The position numbers were made by a program, and so were the translations under genes. This document shows, in pieces, positions 41,376-50,107 of a stretch of 59,700 nucleotides of DNA; positions within the stretch are counted from its first letter, which is position 1, and every line of letters begins with the position of its first letter. The DNA lies in the NCBI GenBank assembly GCA_042219055.1, contig JBDGQN010000070.1, forward strand, positions 1 through 59,700, read 5' to 3'. The DNA comes from Salinibacter sp. GTDB taxonomy: Bacteria; Bacteroidota; Rhodothermia; Rhodothermales; Salinibacteraceae. The notes under the pieces were generated by a model. That model searched no databases and was not told the DNA's origin. It saw nothing but the letters and a program-made list of their open reading frames with translations.

Positions 41376-41648
41376 ATGGCCAAAGAGACGTCAAGTCTCG
41401 CCGAGCGAGGGAATGAAATCTTCGAACGAGTCGTCCGCCCCCAGGTCGACGTGGAAGAAGAGGCCCAAAAATTCGTCGCCATCGACGTTGAATCCGAGGA
41501 TTTCGAGGTCGATTCCAACCAGCGGGCCGCGCTGGATCATCTTCTCGAACGACGTCCGGACGCGCGGGGGCGCATCTACTTTCGTCGCGTCGGGAGCCGG
41601 TTTGCACACCGCATCGGAGGGCGGCTCCAGGAGGGAGACACGGAATGA
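41376..41648 (+). CDS. Small hypothetical protein paired with aspartic protease
   Basis: KFVAIDVESEDFEVD...YFRRVG; ATGA overlap with the protease gene. Confidence 0.8.
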   Translation: MAKETSSLAERGNEIFERVVRPQVDVEEEAQKFVAIDVESEDFEVDSNQRAALDHLLERRPDARGRIYFRRVGSRFAHRIGGRLQEGDTE

Positions 41649-42025
41649 CCACCGGATTCTTCACCGCTGAACGAGAAGCGGCACTGTCCCTGGAGGCCAT
41701 CGGGCCGGATGGGGGCCGTTCCTTCGACGCAATCATTGACACCGGCTTCACGGGGGAGCTGCCCCTCCCATCCGACTGGATCGAGGATCTGGGTCTTCCT
41801 TACGCTGGGGTCGAAGAGATGATGCTGGCCGATGGCCGCTTTCGGGAGACGGCGATGTATGACGGGTACGTGATTATCGACGACGAAGCGTACGAGGTCG
41901 TCATTGCCGAGGCCCCAACCATTCCCCTTGTGGAAACCAACCTCCTCTGGGGCTTCTCCATCTTCATCGAGTTCCAGTCCGGCGGGGCGATCGAGGTCGA
42001 ATCCCTGCCCCATTCCGCGTCTTGA
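41645..42025 (+). CDS. Clan AA (retropepsin-like) aspartic protease
   Basis: AIIDTGFTGEL catalytic motif, LADG flap. Confidence 0.85.
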   Translation: MTTGFFTAEREAALSLEAIGPDGGRSFDAIIDTGFTGELPLPSDWIEDLGLPYAGVEEMMLADGRFRETAMYDGYVIIDDEAYEVVIAEAPTIPLVETNLLWGFSIFIEFQSGGAIEVESLPHSAS

Positions 42026-42328
42026 CGGCCGATTTCGAAAATACGGGAGGATGCAGCGAGCAAAGGAGAGAGGACATCTCCTAGATATTTTCCGCGTCAA
42101 CTCCTGTTCTTCCAACCAGAGGCACGACCAGCGCATCGATTCCCCAACAACTGCCCTCCGAGCAGGCGACGAAGTTGACGACGCAGGCACTCGTACACCT
42201 GCGAATCGAGCACTTCTATCCGCTGTTCTGTTTGTCCGAATCGTCTTCGGGGTCGCGCCTCTCCCGCCATGCAAGTGCCCCGAAGATCTCCACGGTCCCT
42301 TCTCCCACGCACTGCCTGTTAGCCTCCC

Positions 42329-43945
42329 ATGAGCATCGAGCGGTTGACGGATCTCGCTTTCGAGCCCATTGACGACGGGGATCAGTGGACCGAACGGTGT
42401 CTTGCAGCCTTCGAGGGGCTATTCGACGGCCCCGACGACCGATATCACAAGCGCGATTGGGGCACGCGGGTGCAGCCGCGAATCAACGCGGACACCGATA
42501 GTGTGCCGTACGCGGCATTGATTCATCCTGATAATCCCGACTCTGGGCCGTACGGTGGGACGAGCTTCGTCCTGTTTCCGCCGAACGAGACCGAAGAGGA
42601 GGCCGCGGGACCGGGAACGGCACTGTTCGGGCTGGTGGTCGGCACACGTGGGCTGCATCCCGACGAGGAGACGCTCGCTCGGCCGGGGCACGCCCGGAAG
42701 ACCAACGCCATCTGCCAGTGGCTGAACAATGAGTGGGCGGCCGGCGCGCAGGTGGCCTGGGCCAAAGCCGACCCGGTGCGAACGGATCGCAAGATGCCGA
42801 AGCAGGCGCGACGGGTCTTCCAGGGACACGAGGCGACGCTGGAGAAGTACGGAGAGGTCGTCTACGGAGTCGTCCAATCCCCGGACCACTCGGCGCAGGC
42901 CCGGGAGCTCGCCGCAACGGCGCTCACGGCCTTCGTCGATTTGCTGGCCGAAGAGCGCGGGGTCTCGTTTCTAAAAGCGGCCGAGCGTGAGGCGGCGTCC
43001 CTCCGCAACGACTACCTCGCTGAGGTCTTCGAGACACGCGAGCCGGCGGGCGTCTTCGAGCAACTCCAGGATCGGAAGTACGTCATCCTTGAGGGACCGC
43101 CGGGGACGGGCAAGACCCGGCTCGCCGGTCGCCTGCGCGAACGAGAGGAGTGGTACGACGGCCACGGGACGACCATCCAGTTCCATCCGAATACGACCTA
43201 CGAGGATCTCATCGGCGGGCTGGCGCCCGTCTCGGCGCAAGGGCCGGAGGGCCTGCAGTTTGAGCCGACGCCGGGGGCACTGATGCGGGCGGCCGACGAG
43301 GCGGCACGGGTCCATCCCGAGCCGTATCTGCTGCACATCGACGAGATCAACCGCGCCGACCTGGCGACGGTGCTCGGCGAGTCGATATACCTGTTTGAAC
43401 ACCGGCAGTACCGAGCAGGGGAGTCGCAGCGCCGAGTTGCGCTGGCCCACGATTTCACGGAAAAGGTTGCCTCGGGGCTGCTCGACGGGGGGTTCGGGCT
43501 GCCGGAAAACCTCCACGTGCTCGGAACGATGAACACCTCGGACCGGAGCATCGCGCACCTGGACGTTGCCATCCGGCGGCGGTTCGCGTTCCTAAAGATG
43601 TGGCCGCAGCGGGACGCAATCCGGACGTTTCTGGAGGACGTGCCGGAACCGGACCGATCCCGACTCGCGGCCCTGGTGCTCGGCGACGATCACGACGACA
43701 CGCCCCCGGCCAACCTGTACGGGTCGCTGGTTGACCTCTTCGTCGACTACGCCCCCGACGACGCTCTCGACTTGATGCCCGGACACTCGTATTTTCTGGC
43801 CGACTCCCCCGGCGAGCTACACCGGCGGCTGCGCGGAGAATTGCTGCCACTACTCGAGCAGTACATCCGTCAGGGCCACGTGGCAGGGTTCGCAGACGAG
43901 TTGCGGGCGTACATGCAGCGGGTAAACGCGATCGTCAAGGGATAG
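42329..43945 (+). CDS. mcrB: McrB family AAA+ GTPase (type IV restriction) with unrecognised N-terminal domain
   Basis: Walker A GPPGTGKT, QFHPNTTYEDLIGG, Walker B IDEINRA, signature MNTSD, AIRRRF. Confidence 0.92.
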   Translation: MSIERLTDLAFEPIDDGDQWTERCLAAFEGLFDGPDDRYHKRDWGTRVQPRINADTDSVPYAALIHPDNPDSGPYGGTSFVLFPPNETEEEAAGPGTALFGLVVGTRGLHPDEETLARPGHARKTNAICQWLNNEWAAGAQVAWAKADPVRTDRKMPKQARRVFQGHEATLEKYGEVVYGVVQSPDHSAQARELAATALTAFVDLLAEERGVSFLKAAEREAASLRNDYLAEVFETREPAGVFEQLQDRKYVILEGPPGTGKTRLAGRLREREEWYDGHGTTIQFHPNTTYEDLIGGLAPVSAQGPEGLQFEPTPGALMRAADEAARVHPEPYLLHIDEINRADLATVLGESIYLFEHRQYRAGESQRRVALAHDFTEKVASGLLDGGFGLPENLHVLGTMNTSDRSIAHLDVAIRRRFAFLKMWPQRDAIRTFLEDVPEPDRSRLAALVLGDDHDDTPPANLYGSLVDLFVDYAPDDALDLMPGHSYFLADSPGELHRRLRGELLPLLEQYIRQGHVAGFADELRAYMQRVNAIVKG

Positions 43946-44051
43946 ACGCCCGCCACGGTCATCGCTTCAGAGAACACCGTGCCGCCTCCCAGACTCGGTC
44001 CGTGCCGGGGTATCGGCTCGCATCCGCCGTGTCCACCAAACGAATTCCCCC

Positions 44052-45470
44052 ATGCAACGCGTCGATACCCACGACAACCAGAAGGTCTTCCCCCTCCAAG
44101 ACTCGACCACGCACCGGATCGACGCGTCGTTTTTGCTGGGGGCGAATGCAGGGCGGTTTCCCGAAAAGCAGGCCGGGACGTTGGCGGATCAGTTCCTGGA
44201 CACGAATCAGCAGGCGCTCGACGCGTTCGACCTCGACGCGTATCCTCGGTTCGACGGGCGGCGGCTCGACCTGGTCGTCGAGACGAAACGTCGGGTAGGG
44301 GCGATGCCGCTGAAGTCGCCGACGACCGGTGCTCACGACTACGGATTCATCGTGAAGCCGAGGTTCGGGTGGGCGGGCGTCGGGCCGGTGCTGGCCCAGA
44401 CGGGCTGGCGGGTGACGCCGGACATTCTGGAGCTGCCCCAGCTTCCGAAATCGGACCGCGAGATTCCGCCCTGGGTGCTGTCGAGCATCGTATTGCCGAA
44501 GGTCCGGGCGCTGCTACGGAATATGGATCGCGACTTTGAGGTGGTGGACCGGGACCTGCGGGCGCCGCGGGGACGGGTAGACTGGCAGGCTTACGCCACC
44601 CGGAGGATCGGTCGGGGACGGATGCTCGAGGTGCCATGTCGATTCCCCGATTTGCAGGACGATCGCGACCTGTTGTCGGCCATCCACTACACGCTGAAGC
44701 GCCACCGCGGATCTCTGCAGACCCAGCGGCACGCCGGTCCGTTCGTGGAACGGCTCCTGGCGCTGTGTCAGCAGCTGCTCCGCGGCGTGCGTCACGTGGC
44801 GCCGGAGCGTCCGTCGGACCGGCAGATCGACCGGTGGAGGACCCGCGGGTTTGGGGGCGACGCCCACGAGGAGGGCATCCGGGCGATCCGGTGGACGGCC
44901 GACGAGCGCGGGCTGGCAGGGCTCGGCGAGCTACAGGGACTGCCCTGGGCGCTTGCAATGGAGTCGTTTTTCGAGGCCTGGGTCGAGCATCTTGCCGACC
45001 GCATCGCTCGGGTCACCGGCGGCACCGTCCGAACCGGCCGCGAACGCGAGACCGTCGTGCCGCTGCAGTGGGAGCCGAGGCTCGCCGGCTCGCAGCGGTC
45101 GCTCATCCCGGACGTCGTCATCGAGCGGGCGGACGCGACGATGATCCTCGACGCCAAGTACAAGCGTCACTTCGAGGAGCTTGAGCGCCGCTCCTGGCCC
45201 GCCATCGCCGACCACGTCCGCGACACTCACCGCCAGGATCTCCTGCAGGTGCTCGCCTACGCAAGCACCGCCGAGCACCAGCGGGTGACCACCTGCCTCG
45301 TGTATCCGTGCCGCGAGGGGACCTGGGCGTCGCTGAGGGACCGCTCACGCGTTTTCCATCGGGCAGAGCTTGGAGTGGGCGAGCGTCAGATCGAACTGGT
45401 ACTGGCGGCGGCCCCGATCGGGGGAGATTCGGAGGGCGTCGTGGAGGCCCTAGCGGACGCAATGCGGTAG
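44052..45470 (+). CDS. mcrC: McrC family PD-(D/E)xK nuclease subunit
   Basis: RGRVDW, MESFFEAWV, IPDVV, ILDAKYK, DLLQVLAYA; directly follows mcrB. Confidence 0.9.
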   Translation: MQRVDTHDNQKVFPLQDSTTHRIDASFLLGANAGRFPEKQAGTLADQFLDTNQQALDAFDLDAYPRFDGRRLDLVVETKRRVGAMPLKSPTTGAHDYGFIVKPRFGWAGVGPVLAQTGWRVTPDILELPQLPKSDREIPPWVLSSIVLPKVRALLRNMDRDFEVVDRDLRAPRGRVDWQAYATRRIGRGRMLEVPCRFPDLQDDRDLLSAIHYTLKRHRGSLQTQRHAGPFVERLLALCQQLLRGVRHVAPERPSDRQIDRWRTRGFGGDAHEEGIRAIRWTADERGLAGLGELQGLPWALAMESFFEAWVEHLADRIARVTGGTVRTGRERETVVPLQWEPRLAGSQRSLIPDVVIERADATMILDAKYKRHFEELERRSWPAIADHVRDTHRQDLLQVLAYASTAEHQRVTTCLVYPCREGTWASLRDRSRVFHRAELGVGERQIELVLAAAPIGGDSEGVVEALADAMR

Positions 45471-45565
45471 AACGGTAGGATTCCGCAACGTCTCAACCAG
45501 TCGCCCCCGAAGTTCCGGGTTCCTGCGGACCGGTCGGCCCCCTCACGCACTCGGGAAAACATCGG

Positions 45566-45664
45566 CACGCCAGCAACGTCACCGAGCGGTACAGCCATCT
45601 CGTTCCCGAAACCCTCGATCGGACGATGGAGGAGACATTTGGGAGTGAGCAGACAGAGTCCTGA
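45566..45664 (+). pseudogene. C-terminal relic of a tyrosine integrase
   Basis: Reads HASNVTERYSHLVPETLDRTMEETFGSEQTES*, matching the H...VTERYxHL catalytic Tyr box; no upstream ORF. Confidence 0.6.
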
Positions 45665-45750
45665 GATTCTCCCGTGTTTCAGTTTCCCACATGTTTCCCA
45701 CGGAGCTTCTTTTCCGTGCGTCTGAGTGCAATTCAGTCGTTCGGCCCAAA

Positions 45751-45798
45751 ACAAAAAACGCCCCTGCGATCGCCGATTGGCGGCGCTCAGGGGCGTTT
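45751..45798 (-). terminator. Rho-independent terminator downstream of the tRNA 3' fragment (41-bp hairpin, copy 2)
   Basis: Minus strand AAACGCCCCTG...CAGGGGCGTTT followed by a T tract. Confidence 0.7.
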
Positions 45799-45815
45799 GT
45801 GCTGGGACAGCAAAA

Positions 45816-45832
45816 GTAGGCCCGGGGGGACT
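45816..45832 (-). other. att site: displaced tRNA 3'-end fragment (T loop to discriminator)
   Basis: Minus strand AGT-CCCCC-CGGGCCT-A-C fits T-loop end, T stem, acceptor 3' strand and discriminator; lies 157 bp upstream of an integrase. Confidence 0.65.
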
Positions 45833-45933
45833 AGAGAATGGGTGAACTGAGAGTGCGACTAGCCTGAAAAACGGCCCTCAGCGGCGCTGAGAGGGGATTC
45901 TTCATGGAACTCGCAGGTGCAGTTCAGGGAACA

Positions 45934-45975
45934 ATTGCACCCAATATTGCACCCAAACCTCCATGCTGCACCCAA
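45934..45975 (+). repeat. Integrase arm-type binding repeats (3 x TGCACCCAA)
   Basis: ATTGCACCCAA at 45934 and 45946 and TGCACCCAA at 45967, between the att core and the integrase start. Confidence 0.65.
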
Positions 45976-45988
45976 CCACCGCTCCCCG

Positions 45989-47251
45989 ATGGCAACACTC
46001 TCTTTTCGGTGTCGTGAAGACCGCACCAACGACGACGGACTCGCTCCCGTCGATCTTCGCATCTCTCACAAGAGCGAGCGCCGCTTTCTTTCGACCGAAA
46101 TTCGCGTCGATCCAGACAAGTGGAGAGACGGGAGCGTCACCCGCTCCCACCGCCAAGCGGCCGAGATTAACGCTGGCCTTCGACGCATCGAGTCCACTGC
46201 CCAAGACGCCCTCACGTCGCTTCAAACATCCGGTGCAAGAGTAACGGCGGAGCGGATTAAAGAAGCTGTCCAGGAGGCACTCGATCCGGAATCGGATGAG
46301 CGTGTTGGATTCGCGGATTTTTGCGAGGACCGAATCCAGAAGATGTACGACAACGGATCAACTCGAAAGAACCACATGACGGCCGTCACGAAGTTGAGGG
46401 AATTTCTCCACGACAGGCGCGGTGTCGATGATGTCCCCCTATCTCCCTACTACGTGACTGCGTCGTTGCTTGAAGAGATGCAGACGTGGGAGTCGGAGGT
46501 GCGCGGGAACGCGACGAACACGATTCACAAGACCATGCGTACGCTCCGACGGATGATCAACGTCGCCATTCGGGATGACTTGTTTCCAAGAAGTGAGTAT
46601 CCGTTTGACGACCTCACGCTGAGTAGGGAACGCACGGGCAAAACCCCTCTCACCTCCGACCAGGTCCAATCCCTGGAATCGCTAATGGAAAAAATCGACG
46701 ATGGGGAGGCTCGCTTTTCTCCCGATGGACTGCCTGCTCATGGCCTACGTGCCTTCCTGTTCTCGGTTTACATGTTGGGAATGCGTTGGTCGGACGTGTC
46801 GAGCCTGGAGTGGTCTCAGATCCGCGATGGGCGCGTCCAGTACCAGATGCGGAAAACCGGCGCGCAGAAAGACCTAAAGCTTGTTCCCCCAGCCAAGGAG
46901 ATCTTAAACTGGTACGATGATCGGCGCGGCGAGCGATTCGTTTTTCCCCTGCTGGAGCGATACGCCCACAAACATGACCTTTCGGAGGACGAGGGGCTTC
47001 GTGGTGCGATCGAGGACATGAACCGCCGCATAAACCAGGAACTGAAGAAGATCGATAAGGCGGCCGGGCTTGGGCTCGGGCTGACGACGCACATGGCCCG
47101 GCATACCTCTGCTCAACGCATGATGGAGCAGGGTTGGAGCCTGCAGGAGATTCAATCGGCGCTCGCTCACAAGTCAATCTCCACGACCGAGCACTACCTT
47201 CGGACCGTACGCGACGAGGAACTGGACGAGAAACACGAAGACCTATGGTGA
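45989..47251 (+). CDS. Site-specific tyrosine integrase with arm-binding and SAM-like domains (Bacteroidota/Rhodothermota type)
   Basis: N-terminal GLAPVDLRISHK arm domain; FLFSVYMLGMRWSDV, MRKTG, HMARHT, LAH, TEHY. Confidence 0.94.
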   Translation: MATLSFRCREDRTNDDGLAPVDLRISHKSERRFLSTEIRVDPDKWRDGSVTRSHRQAAEINAGLRRIESTAQDALTSLQTSGARVTAERIKEAVQEALDPESDERVGFADFCEDRIQKMYDNGSTRKNHMTAVTKLREFLHDRRGVDDVPLSPYYVTASLLEEMQTWESEVRGNATNTIHKTMRTLRRMINVAIRDDLFPRSEYPFDDLTLSRERTGKTPLTSDQVQSLESLMEKIDDGEARFSPDGLPAHGLRAFLFSVYMLGMRWSDVSSLEWSQIRDGRVQYQMRKTGAQKDLKLVPPAKEILNWYDDRRGERFVFPLLERYAHKHDLSEDEGLRGAIEDMNRRINQELKKIDKAAGLGLGLTTHMARHTSAQRMMEQGWSLQEIQSALAHKSISTTEHYLRTVRDEELDEKHEDLW

Positions 47252-47521
47252 CTCCTTCGTAAGCTGCTCTCCCACCTCCTCGACCCGGTAAAGATTCTTC
47301 TGTGTCGGCGTATCTGCGGGCTCAAGCGGCCAGTCGTAGACGGTGCGCTTCTCAACACCGTACAGCCGGCAGATATCGTCCAAGGTAATTAGTCCGGCCT
47401 TCAGGCGTCCGAGCATGCGAATGTCGCCGATCTGATCGGTGAGGTTTCGGGCGATCGCTTTAGCGCCCGCAGCGCCCGCCTGTTCCAGTTCCTGCTCGTC
47501 GACTTGGTAGATGCGCTTCAT
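47243..47521 (-). CDS. Excisionase-like winged-HTH protein
   Basis: LITLDDICRLYGVEKRTVYDW...LYRVEEV (MerR/HTH_17-like); convergent with the integrase. Confidence 0.7.
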   Translation of the reverse strand: MKRIYQVDEQELEQAGAAGAKAIARNLTDQIGDIRMLGRLKAGLITLDDICRLYGVEKRTVYDWPLEPADTPTQKNLYRVEEVGEQLTKESP

Positions 47522-47587
47522 TCTGGTAGATCCATCTTTTTCGGGCTCTTGTGCCCTTTCGTGATGGTCAGGATTGTGCGCGGCGGA

Positions 47588-50077
47588 TCACTCAGGCCAA
47601 TCCACCTCCAGTTCTGTGGGCACGCCCAGTTCATCGGCCTTGTGGGCGACCGCTCGTTGCAGGCTGTTGATCTGCTTCTTCGGCGAGGCTTTGGAGCTCA
47701 CCCGGATGGTGAAACCATCTCCTTGATAGAGCCAGATCTTGAAGCGCGTGGAGGCTTCCCTCGCCTTCTCCTTCCTAGCTTCGTCAAAGGCCGCCCCGAC
47801 GATCTCCGTCTCATAAGAGGCGTTGATGTAGCTCATAAGTCCTCTCCACCGGTTCTCTTTGTGCTTGGTCTCATCCCACTTTCCGAGCGGGATGAAACGG
47901 CCAGTGGCATCCTCAAGGCCCCCGCGATCATTGATGATGTCGCGCAGTGTCTCTCGGGTCTCCAAGAGCTCCGAAACGAGAGGATGCGAGCCAAGCGGCC
48001 GAAGCGGCTCGTGCGAATCGGGGTACGATCCGCCATTGGCTTCATAATCGACCGCAATGTTGTGAAGCACCCGTGCCCACTCCATGCCGTACGGGACGCT
48101 ATAGAGGCGCTTGACGGCATTCCTCAGCGCTTCAATGTTGCTGAGCACCTCGGTGTCGCAGGCACGGGCGAGCTCCATCCAGAGGTCTCCTTCGGCAAGA
48201 AGATCGGTGTCATTTTCGAGGTTTGCCTGGAGATACCGGTCCAGCTGAGGCGTCTCAATGCCGTGGTCTCGCACCGTCGGCACGTAGGAGGTGAGGTGAG
48301 CTTTCGTGAGGTCCAGTTCCCAATCCTTCCCCTCGACATAGAGACTTTTCCGGACCTCCGTTTTGACATTCATAAGCTGATTCCAACGGTCCGCCCGGAG
48401 CCGCGGGGATCGGTCGCATGCGGCGTACAGCGGCTTCGGAAATTCGCGGAGACCGAAAAGCTTCCGGAGTTCCTGAATGCGGCGTTGCTCGTCGGGGATC
48501 TGCTCCACAACCTCGGCCATCCCGTCCAACTTGCCGTCTGCGAAGACTCCGTGCTGGCCGTGGCTGAAGACGTTGACGGGGTCGAGTTCGTTGAGGTAGT
48601 TCTTCATCATCAAGGCCGTCTCCGGCGCATCGACAACCGGCTCATTGTTATCGACAAGTCGTCTCCGTTTCTTGCGCTCCGGCCCCAGGGCACGACGGCT
48701 ATTGGCCTTGTTGCCACTCAGCATGAACTTCCGATCCGGCTGTTCCTCTGGGCTGAGCATAAACTCGTGGGCGGCCTCGGTGATCGACTTCGGGATTGAG
48801 TGGGATAAAACAACACGGCCTCGGTTGACTCGATGGTCCCAGCCGCTGACCATGAAATCACTGTCAACGTACTTCTGGTAGAGTTCCAACAGCATGCCGG
48901 AGTTAAGCCCCCGGTTGTAGCCCGACTGCGGGCGGTAGCCGAAGGCCGGGAAGACGATTTCGCTTGTGATTGGCATTCCGGTACAGTCCTGTTCCGGGCT
49001 TGCATTATCGTCTCGCTTGCTCGTGGTGAGGATCAGCTGCAGAATTGCCATGAGTGGAGTGGCCTCTGTCAGGACCGGGCGCCATTGCACGATTCGATGA
49101 TAGAGGTCCGTCGGAATCGGCTTATCGGGCACACAATCAAGTGGAGACCGACCCAACAATTCGTACTCCACGGACAAGTCAAGGTGCTCCAACTGCCGTC
49201 GATCCCTCGACTCGGCCCCGGAAATTCCACGCCGCGTACACGAGATTCCACCCCGCGTACATCCGGTGACCTCGACGATATTCGGGCCAAAACTGCCTCT
49301 ATAGCTGTTGAAGCGGGATCGAGGCGGGGAGGCGAAGAGGTAGCCGGAACCTAAAATGTTAGGCTCATTGCGGGGCTGCCGCGTCGCGGTCGGCGCGGTT
49401 GGCGTCGTCGCGGGGACGGCTGGGCGGGGTTCGGTGGCTGCCGCGGGGCTGCTTTGCTCGGTTCCGGCGTCAAAAAAAAGAGCTTCCAGTTTCTCGACAC
49501 TTCCGGTTTCAATCAGCCACTCCGTAGCATCAGCGACTTCTTGAGCATCGAGCTCTCTGATTCCCAGGTTGATTAGCCTCTCGATTACGACATCAAGGAT
49601 GACTTCGGTGCCACTAGACTTCCAACCTTCAAAAGTCCGCCTACTACGCTGCTCTATGACGAGGAGCCCTCCAACTGACGGTACGTTTGTTAGTGGTGGT
49701 AACTCGTCAAGGACCTCATCAGGAACGTACTGCTTGATGGTGTCGACATAAGAGACCACAGAAGTGCTGACCTCACATTCATCGTCCTCCCCAAGATAGT
49801 TGGATCCCTCCTCGTTCGGATCAGTCAGCAGATCAGGGTCAACCTTCTCGACTACCGCCTCCTCGGCATTGTGCTCGATGCAACTACAGACGAGTTGCAC
49901 GTAGGCATGAGAGTCGACAGGTGCCTCCTCCCAGATGAGGCTCAGCAGATTGACTGGCCCCATCCCTTCGATGCGCTGCTGAAACTCCCGGCGCTCGGAA
50001 ACGGAAAGTTCAGATGAAGAGGTGCCTGTAGCGACTGGATCTTCTCCAGCCGCATTCGTAAAATACGATGCGGGCAA
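47588..50077 (-). CDS. Divergent family A DNA polymerase-like protein (putative replicase of the element)
   Basis: Ordered PolA motifs SPRL...NQLMNV...VRKSL, ELDLTKAHL (A), RNAVKRLYSVPYG (B), DATGR, SYINASYETEIV, LYQGDGF (C). Start codon uncertain. Confidence 0.7.
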   Translation of the reverse strand: MPASYFTNAAGEDPVATGTSSSELSVSERREFQQRIEGMGPVNLLSLIWEEAPVDSHAYVQLVCSCIEHNAEEAVVEKVDPDLLTDPNEEGSNYLGEDDECEVSTSVVSYVDTIKQYVPDEVLDELPPLTNVPSVGGLLVIEQRSRRTFEGWKSSGTEVILDVVIERLINLGIRELDAQEVADATEWLIETGSVEKLEALFFDAGTEQSSPAAATEPRPAVPATTPTAPTATRQPRNEPNILGSGYLFASPPRSRFNSYRGSFGPNIVEVTGCTRGGISCTRRGISGAESRDRRQLEHLDLSVEYELLGRSPLDCVPDKPIPTDLYHRIVQWRPVLTEATPLMAILQLILTTSKRDDNASPEQDCTGMPITSEIVFPAFGYRPQSGYNRGLNSGMLLELYQKYVDSDFMVSGWDHRVNRGRVVLSHSIPKSITEAAHEFMLSPEEQPDRKFMLSGNKANSRRALGPERKKRRRLVDNNEPVVDAPETALMMKNYLNELDPVNVFSHGQHGVFADGKLDGMAEVVEQIPDEQRRIQELRKLFGLREFPKPLYAACDRSPRLRADRWNQLMNVKTEVRKSLYVEGKDWELDLTKAHLTSYVPTVRDHGIETPQLDRYLQANLENDTDLLAEGDLWMELARACDTEVLSNIEALRNAVKRLYSVPYGMEWARVLHNIAVDYEANGGSYPDSHEPLRPLGSHPLVSELLETRETLRDIINDRGGLEDATGRFIPLGKWDETKHKENRWRGLMSYINASYETEIVGAAFDEARKEKAREASTRFKIWLYQGDGFTIRVSSKASPKKQINSLQRAVAHKADELGVPTELEVDWPE

Positions 50078-50107
50078 AGCTTAAGTCCTAAGGCTTGTGG
50101 ATCCCGC

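Noticed and set aside
49472-49479. A8 tract in the PolA-like gene as a phase-variation or frameshift site
   Set aside because: The frame is intact through it (LFFD) and no alternative-frame product is supported.
47588-50077. T7-like single-subunit RNA polymerase call for the 829-aa ORF
   Set aside because: Motif B (R...K....VPYG) is compatible, but motif A and the upstream RL...NQLMNV segment fit PolA DNA polymerases better. Not fully excluded without a structural comparison.
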